From Narcine bancroftii (lineage: Eukaryota): DNA of 64,000 nt. Positions 36,705 to 48,854 of the stretch are shown piece after piece. Every line of letters starts with the position of its first letter. Positions within the stretch are counted from its first letter, which is position 1. The stretch is from contig NC_091480.1 in assembly GCF_036971445.1 (NCBI RefSeq), forward strand, positions 92,504,001-92,568,000. The letters are read 5' to 3'. The translations under genes were made by a program, and so were the position numbers. A model generated the notes under the pieces. The model was not told the origin of the DNA and did no database searches. It saw nothing but the letters and a program-made list of their open reading frames with translations.

Positions 36705-37754
36705 ATGTACAGGGTTTGTTGGTCAATTGGTGTATTTGGGGGCACGGATGGCAGTCTCTTCAATCTGAGGCGCCTGCAAGCTCACACCAAGACACAAGAG
36801 AAACTTGTCCGTGAACTACTCTTTGCAGACGATGCCGCTTTAGTTGCCCATTCAGAGCCAGCTCTTCAGCGCTTGACGTCCTGTTTTGCGGAAACTGCCA
36901 AAATGTTTGGCCTGGAAGTCAGCCTGAAGAAAACTGAGGTCCTCCATCAGCCAGCTCCCCACCATGACAACCAGCCCCCCCACATCTCCATCGGGCACAC
37001 AAAACTCAAAACGATCAACCAGTTTACCTATCTCGGCTGCACCATTTCATTGGATGCAAGGATCGACAATGAAATAGACAACAGACTCGCCAAGGCAAAT
37101 AGCGCCTTTGGAAGACTACACAAAAGAGTCTGGAAAAACAACCAACTGAAAAACCTCACAAAGATAAGCATATACAGAGCCGTTGTCATACCCACACTCC
37201 TGTTCGGCACCGAATCATGGGTCCTCTACCGGCATCACCTACGGCTCCTAGAACACTTCCACCAGCGTTGTCTCCGCTCCATCCTCAACATTCATTGGAG
37301 CGCTTTCACACCTAACGTCGAAGTACTCGAGATGGCAGAGGTCGACATCATCGAGTCCACGCTGCTGAAGATCCAGCTGCGCTGGGTGGGTCACGTCTCC
37401 AGAATGGAGGACCATCGCCTTCCCAAGATCGTGTTATATGGCGAGCTCTCCACTGGCCACCGTGACAGAGGTGCACCAAAGAAAAGGTACAAGGACTGCC
37501 TAAAGAAATCTCTTGGTGCCTGCCACATTGACCACCGCCAGTGGGCTGATATCGCCTCAAACCGTGCATCTTGGCGCCTCACAATTTGGCGGGCAGCAAC
37601 CTCCTTTGAAGAAGACCGCAGAGCCCACCTCACTGACAAAAAGCAAAGGAGGAAAAACTCAACACCCAACCCACCAATTTTCCCCTGCAACCGCTGCAAC
37701 CGTGTCTGCCTGTCCCGCATCGGACTTGTCAGCCACCAACGAGCCTGCAGCTGA
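36705..37754 (+). CDS. RTE reverse transcriptase ORF, C-terminal part (5'-truncated; ATG comes from the flanking SINE)
   Basis: 349-aa open frame with LFADD, FTYLG, LRWVGHV.RM...RLPK and C-terminal CxxC..H..C zinc finger. Confidence 0.85.
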   Translation: MYRVCWSIGVFGGTDGSLFNLRRLQAHTKTQEKLVRELLFADDAALVAHSEPALQRLTSCFAETAKMFGLEVSLKKTEVLHQPAPHHDNQPPHISIGHTKLKTINQFTYLGCTISLDARIDNEIDNRLAKANSAFGRLHKRVWKNNQLKNLTKISIYRAVVIPTLLFGTESWVLYRHHLRLLEHFHQRCLRSILNIHWSAFTPNVEVLEMAEVDIIESTLLKIQLRWVGHVSRMEDHRLPKIVLYGELSTGHRDRGAPKKRYKDCLKKSLGACHIDHRQWADIASNRASWRLTIWRAATSFEEDRRAHLTDKKQRRKNSTPNPPIFPCNRCNRVCLSRIGLVSHQRACS

Positions 37755-37811
37755 CGTGGACATTACCCCTCCATAAATCTTCGTCCGCGAAGCCAAGCCA
37801 AAGAAGAGAGA
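36746..37811 (+). mobile_element. RTE-clade LINE, 5'-truncated, young
   Basis: 17-bp TSD ggtgtatttgggggcac (36729-36745, 37812-37828); short 3' UTR ending gccaagccaaagaaga. Confidence 0.95.
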
Positions 37812-38034
37812 GGTGTATTTGGGGGCACCGTGGCCTTGTGGACTGAAAGGGCCTTTTGCTGTATGTTTATGTTAAATTTAATTTTAATGCTACATCAATA
37901 TTTGCTCCTGAAGAAAACAAATTTCCAGTTTGCAAAAGCCAACTAAACGCAATCTGCACAGATGAACTCAGCGGAACAAGAAGCAACAGTGGCAGAAAAA
38001 AAGAGTCAACATCTTAAGCTGAAACTCACAATTG

Positions 38035-38460
38035 TTTCTAAAAATATGTTTGGCTATTACATGGAAATCTGATTTAGTTTTAGGGATGCAAAGGTGGCAC
38101 ATTGAAATGAAATCTTGTATTCCTTTAGAAAAGATAACGTATAATTTGAGGGATAAATATAATTTCTTTGTAAAAGTGTGGAGTCCACATTTAAAAACTC
38201 TTAAAACTAAAAACATTTAAAATTTGATCTCCCCATCTGCTGCGGTGGATCTCTTCGCTTCCACGGCTAAAAAGTTGATTATTAAGCGACGATCTCCTTC
38301 CTTCTTTGTCGGTGGGTTGGGGAGGAGGGAGGGCGTTAGTGGGGTGGATGGAGGAGGTTGGGGGATCTCATTTAATTATATATGTTTGTATCGATATACT
38401 ATAACTAATGTCATATGATTTAAAATTGTAAATAGAATATATATTTTGAAAATAATTTAT
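38035..38460 (+). mobile_element. L1-clade LINE 3' end
   Basis: CLAITWKS...WHIEMKSCIPLEKITYNLR, homologous to 9610-9730; G-rich 3' UTR. Confidence 0.8.
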
Positions 38461-38474
38461 AGAAGAAATGTAGA

Positions 38475-38760
38475 TTTTAGATTTCATATTTATTGTCAGA
38501 ATCCATAAGTGGCATCACATACAACCCTGAGATTCTTTCCCTGCGGGCCAAGCAGAATTACCACTTATTGGTAATGCAAAAAATATTATATTCAATGTAC
38601 ACATGTAAACAAATAAAGAAACACAAACTGACTGTGCAATACTGAGAGAAAAACGACCAATAAAGTGCAAAAGCAAGAGTCCTTAAATAAGTTCCTGATT
38701 GAGTTTGTTGTTGCCGAGTTTGGTGGTGGAGGGGGAGCGGCCGTTCCTGAACTTGGTGTG
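38475..38760 (-). mobile_element. Rex1/Babar-like LINE 3' UTR
   Basis: tttattgtcaga...acaaccctgagattc tail shared with 51825-52125. Confidence 0.7.
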
Positions 38761-38789
38761 ATAGAGAGTGAGGAGAATGAGAAACAGAA

Positions 38790-39075
38790 GCCATAAGTGG
38801 TGGAAAAACTCAGCAGGTCAGGCAGCATCTGTGGAAAGAGAAGCAATTAACGTTCCAGGTCAAAGACCCCTTCATTGGAATGGAGCCCATCATCTATCAC
38901 CCCTCCACTGTCTTATCCTTCCTGTTCTCTTCATCTTCTCTCTCTCTCCACTCAGTCCCAAAACAGGATGTGACCCGATACTTTTACAAACCCCTTCCCC
39001 ACCCCCACAGATGTTGCTCAACCATTTAAGCTTCTCCAGCAGTTTATTTCTCACTCCAGATTTCAGCATCTTCAG
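38790..39075. mobile_element. Penelope-derived palindromic short element
   Basis: ggaaaaactcagcaggtcaggcagcatctgtgg arm and inverted ccacagatgttgctcaacc...ttctccagca arm. Confidence 0.65.
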
Positions 39076-39849
39076 TCCCTCATCTTTCCTCCAAGCCCTT
39101 CCCGAGGTCAAAACTGACACCAACGTTCACCCTATTCCAGGAAGGGGGAAGGACATTCATGCCGTGGAGTTGGAGGACAAGAGGTCAAAGGTCATAGTTT
39201 AGGTCACCCAAAAATTTAATTGGAGGACATTGCTGCTCATCTTGGATGTTAGATGCATTGAGACGGTAGAGGATGAGATGGAACTGGATTCTGTTTGCCT
39301 GTGTATCAAAACTGATGTTTCAGTTTCTCCTGAAGCACATGATGTAAATGAGAATTAGAGCCAGAAATAGATCAAGAATTGAGTGAAAGGTTGAAGACCG
39401 CTTGTTAGAGAAGAAAATCTTCCTTTGGTCAAAAATATTCTGGCAACAAAAAAAAGTGAGTGGAGATGTTCCTCCATCTGGTTACCCATAAGCCAATGGA
39501 TGGTGCAGCTGAGACATCATGAATGTGGAGAAAGAAACTACTTTCTATGATTAGTGAGTCTGAGGGATCTGTCCTTTTGTTGAGACGCTCTTGAATGTTG
39601 TGCTAGAAATGCAAACCTGCTTAGAGGATTCAGAGCAGGAATTCTGGTGTAATGGTGTACAAAATTTTCATACCCTTTTTTTGAGGCAAATACGGTTAGG
39701 AAGGTGGCCGGTTTACAAGCTTTTGTTGTAGTTGGAATGGAATTGTACATTACCGCTTGATATTTAGAGTATATGAGAAGTTCAATGTTAGTGCCATTGT
39801 TTAGAAAGAAAACTAATCAATACTATTCCTTGTGAATTAATGATTGCAT

Positions 39850-40865
39850 AAAGTTCAAATTTATTGTCAGAGTACATATGACACTGAGGTTAATTTTTCT
39901 GTGGTCCAGTCTTAGTAGTTTCTATACCAGTAATTGTAAACTGTACTCAAAGAACTGTAAATGAATGAACTGTGCAAATGGAAATGTTGGTCTAAACATA
40001 CAGTACTGAACAATGACCACAAGTCCTTAATGATTCTCTGAATAACTCTTGTTCAAAACTCTGATAGTTGAAGGGTAGCAACTCCTCCTGAACCTGATGG
40101 CAGCAGCGAGGACAGGGGGAACGTCCTGGGTGGTGTGGATCCTTGATAATAGACACTGCTCTCTGACGGCAATGTTCCACGTAGACATTCTCAGTGGCGG
40201 GGAGAGTTTTACCAGCGATGTACTGGGCTGATGCCATTACCTTTTTTTTTGCTAAAGGGTATTGGTGCTCCAATACCAGGCACTGCATGGGCAGTGAACT
40301 ACCAAGAGGAAATCCTCACATGAACCAGCCAAAACTCTCATTTGTACAAAGCAATATTTATTTATTTATCTATTTACTTATTTATATAGATAATAAAATA
40401 TACTTGTCCTCCACACGTATTGTTTGACTGTATGTGTGTTATATCTGGTTGCGCATCCACGATTTGAACCAAGGACCGGAGAAAAACTGTTTCGTCAGGT
40501 TGTACTATCAGATGACAATAAACTTGACTTGATACATATCTTTCTGCCACATATCATGTAGAAATTTGTCAAGGTTACTGATGACATGCCAAACTCCTGA
40601 GGAAGTAGAGATGTTGACATGCTTTCTTCATGATGCCATTAGTGTGCTGGGTCCAGGAATGATCCTCCGATATGGTGACTCCCAAGAACTTAAATTTTCT
40701 CACCTTCTCCACCTCCGATTCCCCAGTGATTATACACCTCTGGTTTTCCTTTACTAAAGCCTACAATCACTTGCTTCGTTTTGGTGACATTAAACAAGAG
40801 GTTGTGGTTATCACACCATTCAGCCAAGTTTTCAATCTCCCTCATGTATACTGACTCATCACCCC
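39850..40865 (-). mobile_element. Cluster of Rex1/Babar-like LINE fragments
   Basis: AVSIIKDPHHPG (39992-40288) and RVENLSSW/FLGVTI-type motifs (40555-40865); a plus-strand 3' UTR piece at 40305-40530. Confidence 0.7.
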
Positions 40866-41654
40866 CTTTGATTATATAATTGGAGAAAATTAGAGAGTGA
40901 ACAGCATCCAGTGAAATTCACAAGACTTGCCAACTTTTATAACTAGCGAAGAAAAGAGAAGGCAGACACTGGAGGGCTATGGCAGGCATTTTATATACAG
41001 ACTACACAGCGCCCATCTGTTTTCACTGTTATACCCGTTGTTTTGTTCATGGTTACCATGGAAACATTATCCTCTGGTTGAAAAAAGGCCAAGATGTTTT
41101 TAGATGTGAAGTCCAGAATTCACCTAAAAATGCCTTCAGTGTTCAGCTAATTAGTTGGAAGCTTGAACATAAATTTTGACTGCATTTTACATTTATCAAA
41201 CAGGCAGCTAAAGGAAGTCATCACCACAGTGAACTTCACAAAACCATAATGATGAAAGAATTCTGAACAAATGTGCTTGAGTGTGATATAAACTCATCTA
41301 TAAAACAAGTTGAGAGTGCATGTGGAGGGAGATGGAATCTCAAAGTGCCAAAAGTTCAGATAAAATTTAAAATTTCTATAGCAGAGAACTCCACATACCT
41401 GGGCTCTCAACAGCACTTCACACCACATTGCTTACAAAGGGGTTTTTTTAAAAAATCTGTTAACAGACAGCATCCATTACCAAAAACACAAGTTAACCTG
41501 TTTTAGTGATTAGAACAGAATTGTTCATCATTTGCCTGTACTCAGATACAGTAAAAAAAAATCTCCATTTTGTGTGCTATTTCGTCATCAACTTGTGTGA
41601 CAGGTAATGCAATATCACACAAACAAATGACAAAATAGGGAGTAAGATTACAAT

Positions 41655-42010
41655 AATTGTATTGTGCTCAGTTTTGGTCACTGTGCTATGGAAAAGATGT
41701 GGTCAAGCTGAAGAGGGTGCAGAAAAGATTTATGAGGACAGCGTGTTACCAGGGTGCCCCGAGTCCTCTACTCTCTATTGAGACAGCAGGACGTATAGAT
41801 GGAGTTGGTGGAGGGGAGGTTGGTTTGCATGGTGGTCTGAGCTGCGTTCACAACTCTCTGGAGTTTGTTCTGGTAGTGGACAGAGCAGTTCCTGTCCCAA
41901 GCTATGATGCATCAGGACTGGATACTTTCTATGGTACATGTGTAAAAGTTCATCGGGGGGAGGGGGGGTGTTATGTTGAATTTCCTTAGGCCTATAAGAA
42001 AGTAGAATCT
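41655..42010. mobile_element. CR1 fragment (+, 41655-41740) fused to Rex1-like fragment (-, 41770-42010)
   Basis: YCAQFWS..Y.KDVVKL.RVQKRF, then WDRNCS..YQNKLQRVVNAAQ on minus. Confidence 0.7.
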
Positions 42011-42674
42011 TTGGTGAAACATCAAGGCTGTTAATGAAAGATTAATTATTGTCTTGAACAATACTTCGCCCTGAGCCTTTGTTGAACTGGATGGGAGCCT
42101 GCAGATAAATTTACCACCAGAGGAAAACCTTCAAGTCTTCTCAGCTTGTTTATCAAGAAATAATATCACCAGTAGTTCATGCTGTGACTTGGCAATTACT
42201 TCAAAACATTTGCAGTTGAATGAATACTTTGGCCCAGCCTTCCTCAGGATTCTACCAGATTAATTCAAGGACATGTTGAGGAAAAGTTGTAACTAAACAT
42301 TCTTGCACAGAACTAACCTGTTATTTTAATGTGACAACCCGCACATTATCATTGTGACCATTATTCTGACCTGTAGCTTCTGCCAGGTCTTTGCTTTAAT
42401 ACGTCATTCTTAATTCTTTACACGGTATTCATTAAGGCTCGTTGTGGAAGATAGCAGTCATGTAGCTACACAAAATATAATATTTATTCAAAGTCATGCT
42501 GGCAAATGAACGTCATTTAGCTATTGAATCCTAGAACAGAAACAGGCCATTCGGCCCATCTCCTCTGCACCAAACCATTGTTCCGCTTCGTCCCATTGAT
42601 CTGCCTCTGGACCAAAGCCCTTCCAAATTTTTCATAAATGTCAAAATTGCTGCATTCACCACTTCAGCTGGCAG

Positions 42675-42880
42675 AGTGGTTAGTTCAACGTTGTCACAGT
42701 GCCAACAACCCAGGTTCAAATCCAGCACTGACTGTAAGGAGTTTGTACGTTCTCCCCCATATCTGCATGGGCTTCCTCAAGGAACTCCATTCTCCACCCA
42801 CCCTTGAAAATGTACAGGCGTTCTAGGTTAACTGGATGTCAAAGTCTTGTGGGCCAGAAGGGTTGTTATGGTGCTGTACA
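42675..42880 (+). mobile_element. V-SINE
   Basis: caggttcaaatcc B-box, ggagtttgtacgttctcccc V-domain. Confidence 0.8.
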
Positions 42881-43709
42881 GGAACATAGGAACATAGGAA
42901 GTAGGAACAGGAGTAGGCCAAAAATGGCCCATCGAGCCTCCTCCGCCATTCAATACGATCATGGCTGATCTAATTTATGACCTAACTCCACCTACCTGCC
43001 TTCTCCCCATATCCCCCAATTCCTCTATCATGTAAACATTTATCTAACCGAATTTTAAATATGTTTAATGAGGCAGCCTCAACCACTTCCCTGGTTAGAG
43101 AATTCCAAACATTCACTACTCTCTGGGAAAAACTATTTTTCCTCATCTCTGTCCTAAATCTGCTCCCCCGAATCTTGAGACTGTGTCCTCTCGTTTTAGT
43201 TTCCCCAGCCAGCTCAAAAAACCTTCCTACATCTATCCTATCCATACCCTTCATAATCCTGTATGTTTCTACAAGATCTCCTCTCATTCTTCTGAACTCG
43301 AGTGAATACAATCCTAGATGATTTAATCTTTCATCATGTCAACCCCTTCATCCCAGGGATCAACCTAGTAAACCTCCTCTGGACTGTCTCCAAAGCCAGT
43401 ATATCCTTCCTCAAATATGGAGACCAGAACTGGACTCAGTACTCCAGGTGCGGTCTCACCAGTACCTTATACAGTTGCAACATGACCTCCCTACTCCTGA
43501 ATTCAATTCCTCTAGCGATGAAGGCCAACATTCCATTTGCCTTCTTAATAACCTGCTGCACCTGCAACCTAACTTTTTGCGATTCATGCACAAGCCCTCC
43601 CAAGTCCCTCTGCACCATTGTACTCCTTCTGCCAGACCTTTGCCCACTCATTATCCCTCTGCAGACTCTCCACATCCTCATTACAATTTGCTCTTCCACT
43701 CAATTTGAG
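42881..43709 (-). mobile_element. CR1 LINE 3' fragment, well preserved
   Basis: VQRDLG.LVHES, LYKVLVRPHLEY, YSLEFRRMRGDLVETY, TRGHSLKI; (ctatgttc)n-type tail. Confidence 0.92.
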
Positions 43710-43984
43710 CTAAATTAAATTTTTTAAATAATTAACATGTTCTCTGCTCTCAACAGTCTCTGTGTGAAGTTCTCCCTAATGTTTCCTTTAAGCATTTCAC
43801 CCATGTCTTCTAGTTCTCATCTCACCCAAGCTAAGTGGAAAAGCCTAAATCTCTCCTCATTTTTTGATGCTCCAGGGAATGAAGTCCCAGCCTGTTTAAC
43901 CTTTCCCTGGTGACATCCTTATATAATATGGAAGTTAGAACAATGTGCTGTTAAGTTTGAATTGAACTATAATGTAATGATACC

Positions 43985-44515
43985 CCTCCCCCATCAAACT
44001 ACTCAACAACAAATTAAATCAGGGATTCATTTCAGGACTCTTACTTTTGCACGTTATTTTTTATGCTCTCTGTCTTGCAGTCAGTTTCTTTACATTTGTT
44101 ATCTGTTTACTGGTCTTTATTTGTTTATATGTATACTCTGGGTACAATTTTGTTTTGCACAACCTGTAGTGTTCTTTCTCTACCTGGTGGGTTTTTTTTT
44201 TAAAAAGACAGCCATGTTATTGGAAAAATCTGTGAAAAATGAACTTGCGGTCATTTACACGGCACCCCGCAAGTTCCTGTGCGCGTTGGTCCAGCTGCTT
44301 TTACGTGGAGCAACGTGACCTGAGTTATCAGCTGGGCATTGAATTTATAAGTTGAGTTTTGCTGTGCGATTTAAACTGCAGGCTTCCCCCAAAAATTAGT
44401 GGGGGGCCATTTCATGCCTGTAGTCTGAAAACCAGTAAGTGGTACTTCCTCATCGCCTGCAGAAAAGGAATCTCAGGGTCGTTTGTGATGGCACGTATGC
44501 ATAAATCTGAAATCT
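43985..44515 (+). mobile_element. Rex1/Babar-like 3' UTR interrupted by a MITE
   Basis: Same UTR blocks as 51825-52125. Confidence 0.6.
44200..44433. mobile_element. MITE homologous to 1339-1666 (opposite orientation)
   Basis: ttggaaaaatctgtgaaaaat, ttttacgtggagcaacgtgacc and ctgcaggcttccccc are reverse complements of blocks in 1339-1666. Confidence 0.7.
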
Positions 44516-45071
44516 GGTGATATTAAGAATAAATGGAGGCATGGAGTAGCTGGCCTGAATGCCCGGATTCTGTACTTTTTAGCCCCTTTAGAGGAAGTTG
44601 AATTATGATGTTAATGTACCAAGCAAAAATCACACTTCTACCAACCACTTCAACTGCATTTGTGAATTACCTTCTTTAAAACTGATGAATGCCATTTGAA
44701 TTTAGAAGAAATACATGTTTTAAATTCAAGGGAGTAGAAACACAGATCATTTCAATTGATGATTGCAATGATAAAATTGTATTCCTTTTGAAGCCTTCGC
44801 TCGCCCCAATTTCTGTGCAAAATTATCAGCATGTCATCAAGAGCAAAACTGTCATGGATTAGATAAATTATTCTGTGTTTTGAAACATAATTTTAGCAAA
44901 AGAATTGCTTTAATTATTATTCCTTGAAATATTTTTGTGGTAATTTGATGCGGTTGGATCAATGTGAATGAAAGTACAAATAAGAATTTTGATAAATGCA
45001 CCACCTCTATGAAACTGGGGATTAAATGACAGAAAATGGATCATTTTATTAAAAACATATAAAAGAACATT

Positions 45072-45972
45072 GGTGGGGAGCTGGCTGATGGCATCAGCCA
45101 GCTCCCCACCATGACTACCAGCCCCCCCACATCTCCATCGGGCACACAAAACTCAAAACGGTCAACCAGTTTACCTATCTCGGCTGCACCATTTCATCAG
45201 ATGCAAGGATCGACAATGAGATAGACAACAGACTCGCCAAGGCAAATAGCGCCTTTGGAAGACTACACAAAAGAGTCTGGAAAAACAACCAACTGAAAAA
45301 CCTCACAAAGATAAGCGTATACAGAGCCGTTGTCATACCCACACTCCTGTTCGGCTCCGAATCATGGGTCCTCTACCGGCACCACCTACGGCTCCTAGAA
45401 CGCTTCCACCAGCGTTGTCTCCGCTCCATCCTCAACATCCATTGGAGCGCTCACACCCCTAACGTCGAGGTACTCGAGATGGCAGAGGTCGACAGCATCG
45501 AGTCCACGCTGCTGAAGATCCAGCTGCGCTGGATGGGTCACGTCTCCAGAATGGAGGACCATCGCCTTCCCAAGATCGTATTATATGGCGAGCTCTCCAC
45601 TGGCCACCGTGATAGAGGTGCACCAAAGAAAAGGTACAAGGACTGCCTAAAGAAATCTCTTGGTGCCTGCCACATTGACCACCGCCAGTGGGCTGATAAC
45701 GCCTCAAACCGTGCATCTTGGCGCCTCACAGTTTGGCGGGCAGCAGCCTCCTTTGAAGAAGACCGCAGAGCCCACCTCACTGACAAAAGGCAAAGGAGGA
45801 AAAACCCAACACCCAACCCCAACCAACCAATTTTCCCTTGCAACCGCTGCAATCGTGTCTGCCTGTCCCGCATCGGACTGGTCAGCCACAAACGAGCCTG
45901 CAGCTGACGTGGACTTTTTTACCCCCTCCATAAATCTTCGTCCGCGAAGCCAAGCCAAAGAAGAAAAAAAAA
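45072..45972 (+). mobile_element. RTE-clade LINE, 5'-truncated with short 5' inverted duplication
   Basis: 13-bp TSD ataaaagaacatt (45059-45071, 45973-45985); frame open from 45092 to stop at 45907; nearly identical to 36945-37811. Confidence 0.95.
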
Positions 45973-46388
45973 ATAAAAGAACATTCTAACTGATCCAGAG
46001 GTAAATTCCCTGGTGGATGAAAAGAGAACTTCCACGAAAATTTCTATCGAGAACATTTCAATTGATTAATATTTTGCCCGCAAATTTTGCAGTATTCTCA
46101 AACCCCTCCATGGCTGAGGGGTTATGGGTGAGTAAGTAGGTTTGGTTTGATGCCTGGTGATTTTAAAAAGTAATATAAATAAAATTTGCACTTAAAACTC
46201 CATGACCTTTTGTCCTGTTTACAGCTATATTGGGAAAATGACACCAAACACAATCTGGTCGAATCTCCAGACCACCACTTTTGTCTGGGCTATTAGCCCA
46301 CAATTTCCTGTCAACTTAACAGTGAGGTGAATGGAGTCCCCCCTCGGGCCATAAATTACATTGGATAATGCATTGCAGACCCAGATCT

Positions 46389-47716
46389 TTACAAAGCAAA
46401 TTTTGAAAAAGTACACAGATAAGCATAAAACTCTCAAACTATAGCCAGTAACTTGCAAATGATGCATGTGTAAGGTCACTCTCTTTTGAATTAGTCTACA
46501 TTTTTGAACTCACCCATGATCTAGCACTGGAGATCAGTAATTTTGACACTTGCCAAGATCTCTGTAGCAGCACATCAAATCTAATTCACTTGCTCTCAAG
46601 TGTGTCCATAAAATCTGCCAACTTGCCAGTCCTGCAGTTGAATCCGGCTGGCGTGGAGGTGCCAATGCACAGGACAGGAAAAGACTGCAGAGAGTTGTGA
46701 ACTCAGCCAGCGCCATCACGGGCATCAGTCTTCACTCCATCGAGGACATCTACAAGAGCTGGTGTATTATAAAAGCAACTTCTATCCTCAAGGAGCATCG
46801 CTACCCTCTTCACTCTGCTACCATCAGGAAGGAGGTACAGGAGCCTGAAGACGAACACCCAGAGATACAAAAAAACAGCTTCTTCCCCTCTGCCATCAGA
46901 TTTCTGAATTGACACCAAACCACAGACAGTACCTCACTTTTTCTTGCACTAATGTTTTAAAAATTTAATTTATACCAATATTTGCACCTGTAATGGTGCT
47001 ACAAAACAACAAATTTTGTGACGCGTTCATAAGATCCTGATAATTTATCCTTGGTAGTAGCAAGTTTAAAGAGAATTAAAGCTCCCCCCCCCCCCCCCAC
47101 CACCCCCAGAGCTCTATCATACAAAAGTGATTCATTACATATTCAGGAGATTAATTTCACATCAGACACTTAAATGTTTCATTTGGCAGAGATGCTCATA
47201 AAATCAATGAACTCCAAACAGAAGTTGGTAGGAATTGTTCACATCTTCCTGACAAAGGTTGCACCTTAAAACACTTTCAAAATTAAAGAGAAAAGCAATT
47301 TTACATAAACTGAACATTTTGGAGCTCAAAGGGGAACCTGAATCTCAACTAAGCCTCTGTTCAAATAAATATAGTGCACACTTCTTATCTAATATTACAA
47401 ACATTATTACACAATATGTCACAGTTCAATGGAAAATTCATACTCCGTCTTCAAAATCATTATTTTTTTTCTTGCTGGTTAATCTTCTTTGATTTGATAC
47501 CTTGCAGTTGTATCAAATGATTACACCAGATATTTAAATATTACTTAAATATTAATTACATACTTCTTGCGCTGATTCCAATCCATGACTGCTGCAAGAA
47601 GAAGTGTAGGCTATTTCAAAAGAGAATGACCTACACATACAATATTTACAAGTTGCTGGTTATAGTTTGAGAGTTTGATGCTTATCTGTGCACTCATGTC
47701 AAAATCTCCTTTGCAA
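46389..47716. repeat. Inverted repeat pair (~112-bp arms at 46389-46500 and 47605-47716)
   Basis: cacagataagcataaaactctcaaactata..cagtaacttg pairs with caagttgctggttatagtttgagagtttgatgcttatctgtg. Confidence 0.9.
46650..47035 (+). mobile_element. Rex1/Babar-like LINE 3' fragment
   Basis: ANAQDRKRLQRVVNSASAITG...KNSFFPSAIRFLN. Confidence 0.85.
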
Positions 47717-48854
47717 CATGCCAGTGATACGAACAGCACAAATTAGTTTCAAAACTTTCAAGATAATTGTAAATCATTATGTTGCTCTCCTGCTGGCACA
47801 ATATTGTGAAGATTTACAAGGAGGAAAACCAACAGCCATCTATCACAAGGGCAATAAACACCACACGGGGAATCTGAAATGTAGTTCTGACTTCATTATT
47901 CATGGCAAACTTCTGGAGTTTTATTTTACTGTCAAGATCCCAGGACAATTCCAAAGTGTTAGCAATCTTATTACACTGTTTTACATCCTGTTAACCTTGC
48001 AGTGTATTACATCCTGTTAACCTTATTAAGTAGTGTCTTTTTATGAATTTTCATTATATACTTTCACTTTTAATTCTAGATATATATTAGGGGTTAAATA
48101 AAGCTGAAGCAAAGTAATGAAATTTGGAATTTATGTAATGAAACCCACTGAACCCAAATGGTCTGTAGTCGTGCACCTGACAAAGACTGTAACCTTGAGG
48201 ATGAAAGTGGCCAAGAACCTTTCCACCATTGGGCAAAGTCAAAAGAATGCATTTCATAGTGATGTTTAATAATTCATCCAATAGATAAGCAGAAATAAAA
48301 CTGAAGAATGTTAAAAATAGAGAGTCACACAAGGGTTAACATTTCAAGCAAAGGTCATTTACAAATTACTTCAAAATTTAATCAAACTTCTTGTTTATTC
48401 ACCTGTATTTTCTTAAGCATGGCTTTGTGATATTTTATTTATTGTTAATATACTGAGGATTTATGAAGTGATTGTTCTTGGACGGAGCCTGTTCTGGCAT
48501 TGAAAATAATGATTTGAAAGTTTGAATTCAATCACTATTCCACCAAGGTAAGATGTATTCTGCCAGCTTGTGAGGTCATGATCTTTCACTTTGATTAGAG
48601 GTCACATGAGAGAAACCAATGAAGGTTCTATCAACATGGCTCAGCTTCACCTCTTGGCTCTGTGGTAGTAAGGAGAACCATATCTGCACCAGCAGGCGAT
48701 GTTGAACAGCATGAGGAACTATGTAACAGTTGGCATAGCGGTTAGCGCAATGTCTTTACAGTACCAGGGATTGGGACTGGAGTTCGAATCCCACGCTATT
48801 TGTACATTCTCCCTGTGTCTGCATGGGTTTTCCCTAGGGTCTCTGGTTTCCTTC

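Larger units (their letters stand above)
36576..37885 (+). mobile_element. V-SINE split by the RTE insertion (36576-36745 + 37812-37885)
   Basis: B-box gggttcgaatcc and V-domain before, SINE tail after the RTE. Confidence 0.8.
42530..43920 (-). mobile_element. Old CR1 3' end (42530-42672 + 43740-43920) hosting a V-SINE and a younger CR1
   Basis: CR1 3' UTR sequence resumes after the nested inserts. Confidence 0.65.

Noticed and set aside
36705-36745. SINE-derived ATG in frame with RTE ORF as a chimeric gene
   Set aside because: In-frame ATG is plausible by chance; the RT is N-terminally truncated and there is no evidence of expression
47981-48024. 18-bp direct duplication ttacatcctgttaacctt
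   Set aside because: Ordinary small tandem duplication; too short an insert to be a TSD-flanked element
48730-48795. tRNA gene
   Set aside because: A/B boxes belong to a V-SINE head; no complete cloverleaf
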